DNA of 64,000 nucleotides. It comes from an uncultured Gemmatimonadales bacterium. Lineage in GTDB: Bacteria > Gemmatimonadota > Gemmatimonadetes > Longimicrobiales > RSA9. This document shows positions 62,452 to 64,000 of this stretch, piece by piece. The translations under genes were made by a program, and so were the position numbers. The stretch's first letter is position 1. Every line of letters begins with the position of its first letter. Location: contig CAWCUS010000004.1 of NCBI GenBank assembly GCA_963798845.1, positions 192,001-256,000 of the forward strand, written 5' to 3'. The notes under the pieces are model-generated. The model was given only the letters and a program-made list of their open reading frames with translations, did not search any database and was not told where the DNA came from.

Positions 62452-62978
62452 AGATCAGGGTGCGGAGCCTGATGGTGGTGGTCCTGGCCGTGGCGCCGGC
62501 GGGCGCGGCGGCGCAGGGACAGGGGCGCCCGGGTCAGCAGCGGCCGCCGGCGGAGCAGCGTCGGTCGGCGCTGGCCGACCAGGTCCACGAGCGGTTCATG
62601 GGGCAGGTGGCGAGCCGTCTCGGGCTGACAGAGGAGCAGCGCGGCAAGCTGGACAATGTGCTCGCGAAGGGCATGGAGGCCCGGCGCGAGCTGGCCGCCG
62701 AGAGCCAGGCGCTGCGCATGGAGCTCATGCGGGCGGTGCGCTCCGACAGCGCCGGCGAGGCGACGTACCGCGGGATCCTGGACCGTGTCCGCGCGGTGCG
62801 CGCCCGGGAACGGTCCATCGAGGACCGCGAGTCGCGCGAGCTCGGATCGTTCCTGGATGCGCGGCAGCAGGCCATGTTCCTGGTCATGCGCATGCAGTTC
62901 AACGATCGGATTCAGCGGATGCGTGGTGGCCCGGCCGCTGGCCGGGGCGGAGGCGGTCCGGGCAACATGAGGTTCTGA
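62448..62978 (+). CDS. Periplasmic Spy/CpxP-like protein
   Basis: Signal peptide, LGLTEEQ and FLDARQ repeats. Confidence 0.75.
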   Translation: MKIRVRSLMVVVLAVAPAGAAAQGQGRPGQQRPPAEQRRSALADQVHERFMGQVASRLGLTEEQRGKLDNVLAKGMEARRELAAESQALRMELMRAVRSDSAGEATYRGILDRVRAVRARERSIEDRESRELGSFLDARQQAMFLVMRMQFNDRIQRMRGGPAAGRGGGGPGNMRF

Positions 62979-63011
62979 GACCACCCGGACGACCTCCACA
63001 GGGTGGCAAGG

Positions 63012-63055
63012 AGCCCGTTCGTCCTTTCTGGCGAAGGACGGACGGGCTATCTTTT
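63012..63055 (+). terminator. Intrinsic terminator after ECF operon
   Basis: Stem AGCCCGTTCGTCCTT/AAGGACGGACGGGCT followed by ATCTTTT. Confidence 0.7.
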
Positions 63056-63073
63056 CGCCCGCATCAGGGGGGA

Positions 63074-64000
63074 GTGGTGGAGACGACGGAGATCACGGGA
63101 ATCGCGGCCGGAGGGGCCGGCGTTGGACGGCTCCAGGACGGCCGCGTCACGTTCGTGCACCGGACTGCGCCAGGCGACGAGGCGGTCGTGCAGGTGGTGG
63201 AGGAGAAGGCGCGCTGGACGCGCAGCCGCCTGGTCCAGCTGCTACGCTCCTCGCCCGAGCGCCGCGTCGCGCCGTGCCCGCACTACGACCGCTGCGGCGG
63301 GTGCACGCTGGAGCACATGCAGTACCCGGCACAGCTGCGGGCGAAAGGGCGGATCGTGGTGGAGGCGCTGCGCCGCATCGGGAAACGCGAGATCGAAGCC
63401 CCGGAAGTGGTGCCCTCTCCACGCGAGCTCGGGTACCGCAACCGCGTGACGTTCACACTCCGCCGCACGGCGGGCACGGAAGTGGTGGCGGGATTCCGGG
63501 AGCTGGAAGACCCCGATCGGGTGCTCGACATCGGAGACAGCTGCATGCTCCCGGAGCCAGCCGTCGCGGCCGCGTGGGGGGCGCTGCGGAGGGGCTGGGG
63601 AGAGTCGGCGTGCCGGCTCCCATCGGGCGACGAGCTGCGGCTCACGCTGCGCGGGAGCCAGGCTGGCGACGTCGTCCTGGCAGTCGACGGCGGCTACGGC
63701 CGCGGGCGGCCGGAAGCGCTGCTCGAGGCGGTTGCCGGGCTGGCGGCGGTGTGGCACCGCCCGGCGAGGGGGAGGAGCTTCGCGCTGCTGGCCGGTGACC
63801 CGAGCTTCCGTGACCGCTGGGGCGACGAGGATCTCGAGCTGAGCGGCGACGTGTTCACCCAGGTGAACCGCGGCGCCGCCGAGCACCTGGAGGCGTACGT
63901 CCTCGAGCGCGCGCTTTCGTACGGCGCGACCACGGTCGTGGACGCGTACTGCGGCGTGGGTCTCCACGCGCGGCGGCTGGCGCGGGAGGGACTGAGCGTG
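63074..64000 (+). CDS. rlmD: RlmD/TrmA-family RNA (uracil-5)-methyltransferase, 3' partial
   Basis: Absent from the ORF track (no stop in window); TRAM-like start, CPHYDRCGGC Fe-S motif, GYRNR, FTQVN, VDAYCGVG. Confidence 0.85.
   Translation, partial: MVETTEITGIAAGGAGVGRLQDGRVTFVHRTAPGDEAVVQVVEEKARWTRSRLVQLLRSSPERRVAPCPHYDRCGGCTLEHMQYPAQLRAKGRIVVEALRRIGKREIEAPEVVPSPRELGYRNRVTFTLRRTAGTEVVAGFRELEDPDRVLDIGDSCMLPEPAVAAAWGALRRGWGESACRLPSGDELRLTLRGSQAGDVVLAVDGGYGRGRPEALLEAVAGLAAVWHRPARGRSFALLAGDPSFRDRWGDEDLELSGDVFTQVNRGAAEHLEAYVLERALSYGATTVVDAYCGVGLHARRLAREGLSV

Overview
Very GC-rich bacterial chromosome segment, mostly core genome. It is probably Gemmatimonadota; this is inferred from the kinase-TolB fusion, gene order and divergent RNase H, not proven. 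It holds about 68 CDS and one tRNA-Leu(CAA). Housekeeping blocks: rng-rplU-rpmA; citrate synthase-icd-pepA; yicC-gmk-rpoZ-coaBC-udg-dnaB-radA-ispD-tsaC-phosphatase-aroE-comF-gap-pgk-tpiA-secG; 2-oxoacid dehydrogenase E1/E2-lipB; carA; sppA-HU. Accessory parts: a CoA-dependent beta-oxidation-type operon, a lipoprotein-nfeD-floA operon and two ECF sigma/anti-sigma modules. No integrase, transposase or CRISPR was seen. Most notable observations: (1) a four-gene ECF module whose anti-sigma and a predicted outer-membrane protein both end in a glycogen-binding (CBM48/AMPK-beta-like) domain, the latter gene apparently starting at a CTG codon; (2) a 66-aa zinc-ribbon gene with its own promoter elements and terminator between gap and pgk; (3) sigma54-like -24/-12 motifs ahead of six scattered accessory genes; (4) an RNase HI lacking the canonical catalytic Glu; (5) a frameshifted TerB/DUF697-like gene. 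All calls come from reading motifs by eye; no searches were run.
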